Below are positions 15,598 to 23,794 of a DNA stretch of 24,366 nucleotides, in pieces. The notes below the pieces were generated by a model that saw only the letters and a list, made by a program, of their open reading frames with translations, did not search any database and was not told the DNA's origin. The position numbers and the translations under genes are program-made. The stretch comes from an uncultured Candidatus Saccharibacteria bacterium (GTDB lineage Bacteria; Patescibacteriota; CAZHWT01), in the NCBI GenBank assembly GCA_964597145.1, contig CAZQWH010000003.1, positions 57,113 through 81,478 on the forward strand, in the 5' to 3' direction. The stretch's first letter is position 1; each line of letters opens with the position of its first letter.

Positions 15598-15885
15598 ATG
15601 ACTGCGCCTGTGCTGCCAATACCAACCAGTTCATCACGAATTATAAAAAGTCGGCTACACAATGGTAGTTGGGTAAGCTACATAGAAGTAGCAGATCGCA
15701 ACTTTATCTTACGGTACGAGGTATCGCTGGATGGTAGACCTCTAGGCACGCTAGGATTGCTTATTGCTCCACTATCTGGAGAAAGCCTGTGGTTGGCTTC
15801 GACAGATAATCAAACCTGGTCGCCGCCGGTTTGCAATGAACGCGATGCCGCTAAATTCATTCTACCCGTCAGACCAGCTTGCTAA
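15598..15885 (+). CDS. Hypothetical small protein (95 aa)
   Basis: RBS GAGAGGGGA 6 nt upstream and a consensus promoter 40 nt upstream. Confidence 0.4.
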   Translation: MTAPVLPIPTSSSRIIKSRLHNGSWVSYIEVADRNFILRYEVSLDGRPLGTLGLLIAPLSGESLWLASTDNQTWSPPVCNERDAAKFILPVRPAC

Positions 15886-16067
15886 GCCTATCCTTCCAAC
15901 CAGCATGAGGTGGCCGAATAAAACATTCGGTCACCTCGATTCACTTCTAATATCATTTTAAACTTAGAAATAGATTGAGTTTTGACTTTAAGCCTTAGAA
16001 TGAGGAAATGCTATGGTAGCAACGATTACCATAGGGATGGACTATTCACAGGGTATGAGTCAATACA

Positions 16068-16096
16068 TTGACTGATACCCTATAGTATGATATATT
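16068..16096 (+). promoter_or_regulatory. Promoter TTGACT-N17-TATATT with spacer GATACCCTATAGTATGA
   Basis: Family member 8. Confidence 0.55.
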
Positions 16097-16218
16097 TTCA
16101 GCGCTCAATAACGACAGTCAGTGCGGTAATCCATACAGTACAGCCATGACTGTTGCGATTGAGTAGGATCGTGACTGGTTGGAAGTGATTCCAACTATTG
16201 CATTCAGGGAGAGTTGCA

Positions 16219-16605
16219 ATGCAGGATGTGCCGATGCTGCAAACTGGCGAAGTCGTAGCATTTGATAACGAAGGGGGGTACGGCTTTGTTAGAGATACTC
16301 TGACTCATGTCGACTTGTTTTTTCACGTCAACGAGGTGGGCACACTAACCAGCAAACAGCCCGATAGGTTCACTCTGACCTCGGACGGCTATTATGAGCA
16401 CCGCCCAATGGTAGGCGATCGCCTGGTTTACGTTGCGGATCTTAACTACAAAAAAGGCCCACGAGCAACCGTGTGGATCGATGAACGTAGTTACCGGCAA
16501 CAGCTCAGGTGGATAAAACATCAATGGGCAGCCGAGGCTGCTGCTGTGGAGTCATATAACATATTCTCCATAAGTAGCCTTCACCAAGTCGGAGCCACAA
16601 TGTAG
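16219..16605 (+). CDS. Cold-shock-domain (CSD) protein with C-terminal extension
   Basis: GEVVAFDNEGGYGFVRD...DLFFHVNEV matches the CspA-like RNP motifs; ATG 16219 with RBS GGGAGAG. Confidence 0.6.
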   Translation: MQDVPMLQTGEVVAFDNEGGYGFVRDTLTHVDLFFHVNEVGTLTSKQPDRFTLTSDGYYEHRPMVGDRLVYVADLNYKKGPRATVWIDERSYRQQLRWIKHQWAAEAAAVESYNIFSISSLHQVGATM

Positions 16606-16758
16606 TCACATCCGACATTGTTTTACAAAAAGAGACATTCATCGGGCACTAGCACAACTAGTGCCCTATTCTCATTTCAAGCAGTCAGCATCTCTTAACG
16701 GCCAACCAGCCAGATGCTATACTTTGAATAATCTAAACAGACAAATTGCCACCGCACC

Positions 16759-18987
16759 ATGCCATCTACCGAATTACCCAATCCAATCATCCCTAAACAA
16801 AAAAAACGAAGCTTTGCCGAAATCTTTTTTCCAACCTGGACAGAATCACTGTTACGCAAAGCCCGATCCATGGCTTTTCGCCCCATAGAAACAGCCGATA
16901 TTTTGGCTCACAAATGGGGGCCGCCCACCGCTACCAATACCGCATATACTCATTGGCTAGAGAAGAAATCTATGCTCTACAATGCACGCAAACAAGCATT
17001 GCGACACACCGGCAAAGGCACCATGTGGCAAGTACCTTATGGGCAGGCCCGACCACGGACAGCTATTGCCAAAGCCTCAGTTTGGTATACCGCGTACCCA
17101 ATATCCACCATTACCAAGCCTAAACAGTCTATCCTATCGGCACTTGGAGATGAAAACTTATGGCAAATCTTTGAACAAATTGGTATCCAAGGTTTACATA
17201 CGGGCCCCATGAAGCAGGGAGGAGGCATAACTGGATGGTCATACACTCCCAGTATAGATGGCCATTACGATCGGATCAGCAACGATATCGAACCAGTTTT
17301 CGGCACAAAAACTGAGTACCAACAAATGTGTGCTACAGCCGCCCAATATAATGGGCTAATAATTGATGATTTAATCCCTGGACATACCGGGAAAGGTGCC
17401 GATTTCTTGCTGGCTCAAATGGACTACAAGTATTATCCTGGCATTTACCATATGGTTGAAATTGACCGCAAGGATTGGCGATGGCTACCCGAGGTGCCAA
17501 AAGGATACGCATCTATCAATATTAGCCCGGAAATAGAAGAAAAACTAAAGCAAGCAGGGTATATTATTGGTAAATTTGAACGGGTAATTTTTTATGAACC
17601 AGGTGTAAAAGAGACAAACTGGAGTGTGACTAAAGAAATTCGCGGGGTAGACGGCGAAAAACATCGCTGGGTGTATTTACATTACTTTAAAGATGGACAA
17701 CCGGCTATCAACTGGCTCGATCCTACCTTTGCCGGTATCCAGCTAGTAATGGGCGATGCCCTGCACTCCCTCACCGAATTAGGAGCTGGTGGTTTGCGGC
17801 TAGATGCTAACGGTTTTTTGGGGGCCGAAGTCGGCAGCGCCGATAAGCCAGCTTGGTCTGAGGGCCATCCGTTATCAGTCGCTGCTAACCAACTCGTAGC
17901 GAGCATGGTGCGCAAAGTGGGGGGCTTTACCTTCCAGGAACTAAATCTACCGTTGGAAGATATAAAAGCCAACGCTGCCTTTGGCGCCGATTTATCGTAC
18001 GATTTCATTACCCGTCCCGCGTACCATCACTCGCTAGCTACGGGGGACACCGAGTTTTTGCGCTTAATGATGCGCCAGACTCTAGAAATTGGCATCGATC
18101 CGGCCTCCCTCGTCCATGCCCTCCAAAACCACGATGAGTTAACCTACGAACTCGTCCACTTTTGGACATTGCACAAAGATGAGGAATTTTACTTTCAAGG
18201 ATCTATTTTAAAAGGCAGTCAATTACGACAGGTAATTAGAGAGCAGTTAGCAGAGGCGTTAATTGGCGATAAACACACCTACAACAAACCATTTACCGAG
18301 AATGGCATAGCCTGTACGACCCTGAGCGTGATTGCCGCCGTATTGGGCATAGAGTCGTTCAATGCCATCACCAAAGAACAACAAGAACTGATGAAAAAGA
18401 TTCATCTGCTATTAGCCATGTTTAACGCACTGCAACCGGGGGTATTTGCTTTATCTGGCTGGGATATGGTTGGTGCTTTTGTCTTAAACAACAGCCAAAT
18501 CCCCGAACTAATAGCTACTGGCGATACCCGCTGGCTTAATCGAGGTGCATACGATGTTATGGAGGTAAATCCCACCGCAAACGAGTCAATCACTGGCATC
18601 CCCCGAGCTCCACAGTTATACAAGTCTCTCCCAGAACAACTCAAAGATCCCCATTCATTCGCCAGCCAGCTGCAGCAGATTCTGAAAGTTAGAGCCTCAG
18701 TCAATCTAGCTACTAGCCATCAAATCGCCATCCCCGAAGTTGGGCATAAAGGTATTTTGGTAATGCTTCATCAACTAGATACTGGTCAATTGCAAGCTAC
18801 CGTCTTAAACTTTACCCCACAAACCATATCCGAGACCATTCATTCTCCTCATTTTGCAGCCGGCGCCGAGGTAACGAATATGTTTGACCACCACACAATT
18901 AGCACCGTTACCAAACACCACCATTTCGATATAACCTTGGAGCCATACCAAGGCCTCCCACTGCTCATTTCTACTCAGCAACCTTAG
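16759..18987 (+). CDS. GH13-family alpha-glucan-active enzyme (alpha-amylase catalytic domain)
   Basis: Conserved regions DDLIPGHTG (I), GGLRLDANGF (II), AEVGS (III), LQNHDE (IV); start uncertain (no SD at 16759). Confidence 0.75.
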   Translation: MPSTELPNPIIPKQKKRSFAEIFFPTWTESLLRKARSMAFRPIETADILAHKWGPPTATNTAYTHWLEKKSMLYNARKQALRHTGKGTMWQVPYGQARPRTAIAKASVWYTAYPISTITKPKQSILSALGDENLWQIFEQIGIQGLHTGPMKQGGGITGWSYTPSIDGHYDRISNDIEPVFGTKTEYQQMCATAAQYNGLIIDDLIPGHTGKGADFLLAQMDYKYYPGIYHMVEIDRKDWRWLPEVPKGYASINISPEIEEKLKQAGYIIGKFERVIFYEPGVKETNWSVTKEIRGVDGEKHRWVYLHYFKDGQPAINWLDPTFAGIQLVMGDALHSLTELGAGGLRLDANGFLGAEVGSADKPAWSEGHPLSVAANQLVASMVRKVGGFTFQELNLPLEDIKANAAFGADLSYDFITRPAYHHSLATGDTEFLRLMMRQTLEIGIDPASLVHALQNHDELTYELVHFWTLHKDEEFYFQGSILKGSQLRQVIREQLAEALIGDKHTYNKPFTENGIACTTLSVIAAVLGIESFNAITKEQQELMKKIHLLLAMFNALQPGVFALSGWDMVGAFVLNNSQIPELIATGDTRWLNRGAYDVMEVNPTANESITGIPRAPQLYKSLPEQLKDPHSFASQLQQILKVRASVNLATSHQIAIPEVGHKGILVMLHQLDTGQLQATVLNFTPQTISETIHSPHFAAGAEVTNMFDHHTISTVTKHHHFDITLEPYQGLPLLISTQQP

Positions 18988-19020
18988 CCTTACGATAGTG
19001 CAGTCTGCTGAGAGGTTGTT

Positions 19021-19147
19021 CTGACTATAGGCCTATTTTATGTTATACTAATTTATAGAGGAAATTTTAGTCTAAGGTAAGAATTCTGACGAAATCCGCC
19101 GTCACCACAAAACCCCTTGGTATTTCACCAAGGGGTTTTGTTTTTTA
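19021..19147 (+). ncRNA. Candidate small RNA: promoter (CTGACT-N17-TATACT) followed about 55 nt later by a strong intrinsic terminator, with no ORF between
   Basis: Terminator AAAACCCCTTGG-TATTTCA-CCAAGGGGTTTT then GTTTTTT at 19107-19147; no ATG in the about 90-nt transcribed stretch. Confidence 0.3.
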
Positions 19148-19269
19148 AAAGACTTTAACATATCAATCTAAGCATTGGCCAAAAGTTTTGGTGAATGAAA
19201 AATAAGGAGATAGCTCAACTCTCATTGGTTTTTGCAGTAAAAAGGGAGCGATTATCGACCACCAATGGC

Positions 19270-19531
19270 TTAGGGAATAAGATAATGAGTGGCATCTATA
19301 CTCCATTTTTGAGTGGTGGCATCCAAAAATAAAGTTAGCTGTAATCCGCTATCAGCTACAACCTCATAAATATTAACCAAGTTTTTATCGTAGTCTAGTT
19401 GTTGACGAAAACTGGCTTCGGTTACCCGCATCTGCTTATTATTCCAGCGCACAATATGCGGCAAGTAGCGTTTTTTAGCTGGTGAGTAAATTGTCGCCAC
19501 CGAGATACTTGTATCGATACAGTCAGTCATG
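19270..19531 (-). CDS. Hypothetical protein (86 aa)
   Basis: ATG at 19531 with RBS GGGAGA 4 nt upstream on the minus strand (track start 19542 is TTG). Confidence 0.5.
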
Positions 19532-19742
19532 CAGTCTCCCAACTACCCATAATAAACCCGAATCTCAATCTAATTATGAGCGTAAAAGAGTAGAGCGTCA
19601 AGTAGGCAACTTTAGGCCCTGTATGAAAGTAATTACGAAAGATATATTTTCTTTTAATGTTAAATAAAGGATCGTAGCCAAAGAAAACACTAATGCATAA
19701 GTAGTGCTAGCCATGAGCTCGCGCGAGTTAGCAGGCAACCTA

Positions 19743-19771
19743 TTGACTATTAGCCTATAGTATTATATAAT
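19743..19771 (+). promoter_or_regulatory. Promoter TTGACT-N17-TATAAT with spacer ATTAGCCTATAGTATTA
   Basis: Family member 10. Confidence 0.55.
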
Positions 19772-19807
19772 TTAGACATCGTCTTCGGCAGAGCAGGGAG
19801 AAATCTC

Positions 19808-20092
19808 ATGCACACAGGCGAAAATCTTCAGCCACCAACAGCTGGGGAGTTAAAGGGATTAGCCGCGCTGATGATTATGGCAAACATCTTTGTTGTAATC
19901 TTTGGCTGCTATATTCCTCTCAGTGTTGGTGTCAGCCTTGGTTCAGAAATCAGCGGTAGCGGATTGTCCACCGCTGAAATCCTGAAGCATCTGGTTGGCG
20001 CGGCAGGATGCGTGTTATTCGGCATCATCTTGCCAGTACTGTTTGGCTGGATTTCAATCGAGTGCGTCAGTAAAGCATACCGACGCCATTAG
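19808..20092 (+). CDS. Small membrane protein (2 predicted TM helices)
   Basis: RBS GGGAG 7 nt upstream; hydrophobic segments. Confidence 0.55.
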   Translation: MHTGENLQPPTAGELKGLAALMIMANIFVVIFGCYIPLSVGVSLGSEISGSGLSTAEILKHLVGAAGCVLFGIILPVLFGWISIECVSKAYRRH

Positions 20093-20133
20093 AAACCCTG
20101 CCATCCAAAACAATCACCGCCATTGCGGTGAAA

Positions 20134-20165
20134 GGGCCGCCCCGTGGGGCGGCCCTAATTTTTGG
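20134..20165 (+). terminator. Rho-independent terminator
   Basis: GGGCCGCCCC-GTG-GGGCGGCCC then TAATTTTT. Confidence 0.7.
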
Positions 20166-20246
20166 CAATTTGAACCAACCCACCTAATGACCAACTCCAA
20201 TCCAGCACGTCTTTACAGGAAGAGGGTTGACTGCTACAGTAGAAAC

Positions 20247-20474
20247 ATGTTTAAACGAAAATCAGCCGATCAATTGACATTCTACGGAGTGGCACTATTG
20301 CTCATACTGGCAGGAGTAAGTATTCTAGCCTTAGGAGCTGTCCAGCTTATCGGTCAGCTGGCATGGCAGTGGTCTTTTGGCTGGCCAATGGCTAAAGTCA
20401 TGTCTGGCTTAATGATTATCGCCTTAGGATACGTTGTTTTAGAATTAGAATTAATCCGACGAAAGAACAAGTAA
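20247..20474 (+). CDS. Possible small membrane protein (75 aa, 2 TM)
   Basis: Hydrophobic; stop 4 nt before the PIG-L gene start; TTGACT 16-21 nt upstream but no clear SD. Confidence 0.35.
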   Translation: MFKRKSADQLTFYGVALLLILAGVSILALGAVQLIGQLAWQWSFGWPMAKVMSGLMIIALGYVVLELELIRRKNK

Positions 20475-20477
20475 CCT

Positions 20478-21200
20478 ATGAATACTTCCTACAAAGATAA
20501 AGTGGTATTAGCTATTGGAGCCCACCCCGATGATATTGAGTTTGGCTGCGGGGGAACCATGGCTAAGCTCGCCGCAGACGGTGCAACACTCTACTTTGCG
20601 GTTGCTACCGATGGCAACCGAGGTAGTCGCCAGCATGAATTTGAAAAATCAGCCCTCGTTGCCAGCCGAAAACAAGAGCAAGCAGATGCGGCCAAAATCC
20701 TGGGTGCAACTGAAGTTATATTTCTAGACGAAGAAGATGGAAACCTGCTAGCCGACCTTTCATTTAAAGAAAAGGTGGTACGACTGGTGCGACGAATTAA
20801 GCCAGATATGATTTTCACTCATGACCCTAACTGGTACTATCGCCAAAATGACGATGGCACAGCCTCGGTTAACCACAACGACCACCGTGCCTGCGGAGTG
20901 GCCGTATTAGACACGGTTTACCCCTTGGCCCGTGATTTGCAATCGTTCCCCGATCATGCAGTTGAAGGTTTAATGCCACATATTACTCCAGAGCTTTATC
21001 TATGGACATTTGACCAACCAGGATTTGCCTTTGACATAACGAACCATTTTAAGACGAAGATTCAATCAATTGGTGCTCATAAAAGTCAAATCGATGACCT
21101 GGAAACAGTGACCAAGCGAATGAAGGCGCGCCATCAACAATTAGGCAAGCTAAGCGACCTAGAGATGGCCGAGTGCTTTATTCGGTTAGTTTTTAAATAA
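20478..21200 (+). CDS. PIG-L/LmbE-family N-acetylglucosaminyl deacetylase
   Basis: VLAIGAHPDDIEFGCGG and HNDH motifs typical of LmbE-like zinc deacetylases. Confidence 0.85.
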   Translation: MNTSYKDKVVLAIGAHPDDIEFGCGGTMAKLAADGATLYFAVATDGNRGSRQHEFEKSALVASRKQEQADAAKILGATEVIFLDEEDGNLLADLSFKEKVVRLVRRIKPDMIFTHDPNWYYRQNDDGTASVNHNDHRACGVAVLDTVYPLARDLQSFPDHAVEGLMPHITPELYLWTFDQPGFAFDITNHFKTKIQSIGAHKSQIDDLETVTKRMKARHQQLGKLSDLEMAECFIRLVFK

Positions 21201-21232
21201 AACACATGCGCATCTCTATTTGATGTCGGTAT

Positions 21233-21568
21233 TCAATGGTAATAAATTGTTTGGACCACAATTTTGCCATGGCGAATCACAAACGAATCTGCTCCTTGGC
21301 AAATAATCTCATCTCCTTGACGGGCCAACCAGACTAAAAATGCAATCTCACCTTGGGTTATCTGAGACAAATAGGCATAGACAGCATCACCCACTCGCTG
21401 TTGTAAAAGCTGACTAGACTGGCGCACACCATCATAACCGCTAAAAGCACCATCTCCGGTTAAGAGAAGCACCTCTGGGTCAAAGTTTTGTTGCAAGTCT
21501 TGTTCCACATTTTTTTGCTGTCGGAGCTGTAAATGAGATTGAAACACTTCTTGAGTAGATAGGGCCAT
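21233..21568 (-). CDS. Hypothetical protein (111 aa)
   Basis: RBS AAGGAGA 7 nt upstream on minus strand; convergent with the PIG-L gene. Confidence 0.5.
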   Translation of the reverse strand: MALSTQEVFQSHLQLRQQKNVEQDLQQNFDPEVLLLTGDGAFSGYDGVRQSSQLLQQRVGDAVYAYLSQITQGEIAFLVWLARQGDEIICQGADSFVIRHGKIVVQTIYYH

Positions 21569-21659
21569 GCATTTATCTCCTTTGTGATGGTGACTTTGGT
21601 AGTTATTATATAAATGAGTATTATATATACCTATTATTATACATTCAAATTGTCATATA

Positions 21660-22020
21660 ACCAATGAAGGGCTGGCGGATAGGGCAAAGCGGACGGGGCG
21701 GGAGATACAGAATGCGGGATACAGAATATGAAATACGAAACAAATGAGAAAATAGAAGTTGAAAGCTCGAAATGACAAATACTAAATCCAAAAAACGTAT
21801 ATACGCACGTATATACGTCGATCAAATTAACTCAGATAAATTGATGAAGGGTGGGTGGTAGAGTGGAATTCATAATTAGGGGGGGAATGTGCAAAGATTT
21901 AAGCCGCAAGGATGATCGTCTCGCTCTTGCCATGGCGAAGCGGGTGGAATACGGAAGACTGCAGTTAAAAAGAGAAAGTTCGAAATTCGAATCGTACGCT
22001 AAATGCTGTATTCTGAACAT
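21660..22020. repeat. Two diverged tandem copies (~180 bp each) of a purine-rich (+ strand) unit with internal palindromes (ACGTATATACG x2; TTCGAAATTCGAA)
   Basis: Both units start with TGAAGGG(C)TGG.GG.TAG and share GAAAG(C/T)TCGAAAT; non-coding AT/purine-rich 5' region of the MBL gene. Confidence 0.45.
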
Positions 22021-22147
22021 CCACTTATGAGCCGAATATGATTGTAATTGTTTAACAACGGTGTTAATTTTCTGTTTTATATCTTTACATCAGGCAAGCA
22101 ATAGCGTATAGTCTGGGAAAATTCTCGAGACAAACAAGGAGAGTACC

Positions 22148-22945
22148 ATGGGCACCTTGGATCAGCCAATTAGGTTGGCCTCAAATTTATGCTTGGTTTA
22201 CCATGAGTGGCCACATCGCGACAGCGGAAACGTGTATGTCATAACCGGCCGCCACAATGTTCTGGTCGATTGTGGAGTGAATCGAGCTTCAACCAGATTA
22301 AAGCCAATTTGCGCCACCTAAAGCTACGGCCATCCGATATTAGATACGTTATTGCCACTCACGGAGACTACGACCACACCCAAGGATTTCTCTCTTTAGC
22401 TGCCCGGTGTAGTAAGGTCCCACTGCTACTTCATCGGGACGACTGGCTATCTGCAATTAACGGCGACGATGTGCTCACCAAAGCCTATGTGTATAACCAG
22501 CCCTACCACCCCTTACCAGCCGAGCGCTGCATACCCTTGTCCGGTCATCAATTTTTGGCTGCAGGAAACCGGTGAAGTGTTGTTTATCCATACGCCAGGC
22601 CATTCTGTCGGCTCAAGCTGTCTATTAGCAGAGTTTGATGGTCAGCGCTGGTTAATCGCTGGTGATACCGTGGGAGGAGCTATGATTGATTTTCGCCGTG
22701 TTGGCCCCAAAGTTTGGTCTCGCTATCTCAGCCAATGGCAGGCTTCGCTTGCCTGGCTTAGCCAGCTTGAATTTGATTGGATTGTAACCGGACACGACGA
22801 TCAGCCGCTCTCTCGCCAACAATTCAACCGCAAAGTAGGCCGCTTTGGCCACATGCTAAATCCGTGGTTTAGCCTGGACGAAAGTCCAAGCAGCAGTCGT
22901 ACCGTACCTCCCAGTCTACCAATTAATCCCATGGCAGCAGGTTAG
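22148..22945 (+). pseudogene. Metallo-beta-lactamase-fold hydrolase gene interrupted by two compensating frameshifts (frames 2 -> 1 -> 2)
   Basis: ATG 22148 with RBS AAGGAGAG; NVYVITGRHNVLVDCG (frame 2), YVIATHGDYDH (frame 1), FIHTPGHSVGS and TGHD (frame 2). The second shift is at T5 run 22551-22555; the first is probably at the AAA run about 22300. Confidence 0.6.
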
Positions 22946-23104
22946 CCACCAACAAATAAACTCAAGCGCCATGCAGCTATCAGCACAGCATGGCGCCCAT
23001 TATTTCCCTCATCTAAAAATTGGCCTTGTAATGAAAAGATAGCTTCAGTACAATTAACGCTGACCAGCAATAGCTGCATGGTATCACCAAAAGAAAGTTG
23101 TCCC

Positions 23105-23794
23105 ATGAGTAATCCCGTGATCGAAGCCAAAGCATTAACAAAAATATATAAAACCGCCGGAGAAGAACTCGTAGCCTTAAACAAGGTTAGCGTACAAGTT
23201 GCATCCGGAGAAAGTCTGGCCATAGTTGGCAAGAGCGGTAGCGGCAAATCAACCTTAATGCACACTTTAGCTACCCTCGATCGACCAACCAGCGGTAGCT
23301 TAAAAATTAATGGCCAAGAAGTCACCACCTATTCTACCGTCCAATTAGAGCGCCTACGCAATAAATCATTTGGCTTTGTTTTTCAGCAATTCTTTATTAA
23401 CCCACGGAGCTCGTGCATCGAAAATGTGTTGTTACCTCTAATGATCATGGGTATATCACCTACTGAGCGAAACCGACGAGGCCAAGAGATCCTAGAAAAA
23501 GTGGGGTTAGGCAATAAAGCTAAGCAAAAGGCCAATGATTTATCTGGTGGACAAAAGCAACGGCTCTGCATTGCTCGGGCACTCATTACAAATCCAGAGG
23601 TTATTTTTGCCGATGAACCAACGGGAAATTTAGATAGTGAAACGGGAGATCTGATTACAGATATGCTCTTTTCACTGCAACAAGAACAGGGCATCACCCT
23701 AATTGTAGTGACTCATGATGACGATTTAGCCAAGCTCTGCCAACGTCAGCTGGTGATCAAAGACGGCCAAGTGGTTAAGGAGGGGCGGAAATGA
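23105..23794 (+). CDS. ABC transporter ATP-binding protein (MacB/LolD/FtsE-like)
   Basis: Walker A GKSGSGKST, signature LSGGQKQR, Walker B VIFADEPT, H-loop VTHD. Confidence 0.9.
   Translation: MSNPVIEAKALTKIYKTAGEELVALNKVSVQVASGESLAIVGKSGSGKSTLMHTLATLDRPTSGSLKINGQEVTTYSTVQLERLRNKSFGFVFQQFFINPRSSCIENVLLPLMIMGISPTERNRRGQEILEKVGLGNKAKQKANDLSGGQKQRLCIARALITNPEVIFADEPTGNLDSETGDLITDMLFSLQQEQGITLIVVTHDDDLAKLCQRQLVIKDGQVVKEGRK

Noticed and set aside
14880-15637. ORFs 14880-15236(+), 14870-15052(-), 15122-15340(-), 15395-15637(-)
   Set aside because: They overlap the better-supported 14949-15308(-) gene or consist of low-complexity Ser/Pro-rich sequence spanning a promoter.
16661-18704. Small ORFs overlapping the GH13 gene (16661-16888, 16695-16886, 16914-17246 set, 17682-18008, 18402-18704)
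   Set aside because: Nested or antisense within a 742-aa gene bearing all four GH13 conserved regions.
19995-20474. 159-aa ORF spanning the 19808-20092 gene end and its terminator
   Set aside because: It reads through a strong intrinsic terminator and overlaps a better-supported gene. Only its distal 75 aa (20247-20474) are kept, as a low-confidence membrane protein.
21637-22020. Two tandem 62-aa minus-strand ORFs (21637-21825, 21832-22020)
   Set aside because: Equal lengths follow the about 180-bp tandem repeat period. The peptides are low-complexity with a weak shared FELS/PxLH trace only; one starts with TTG and neither has a convincing SD. More likely non-coding repeat sequence.
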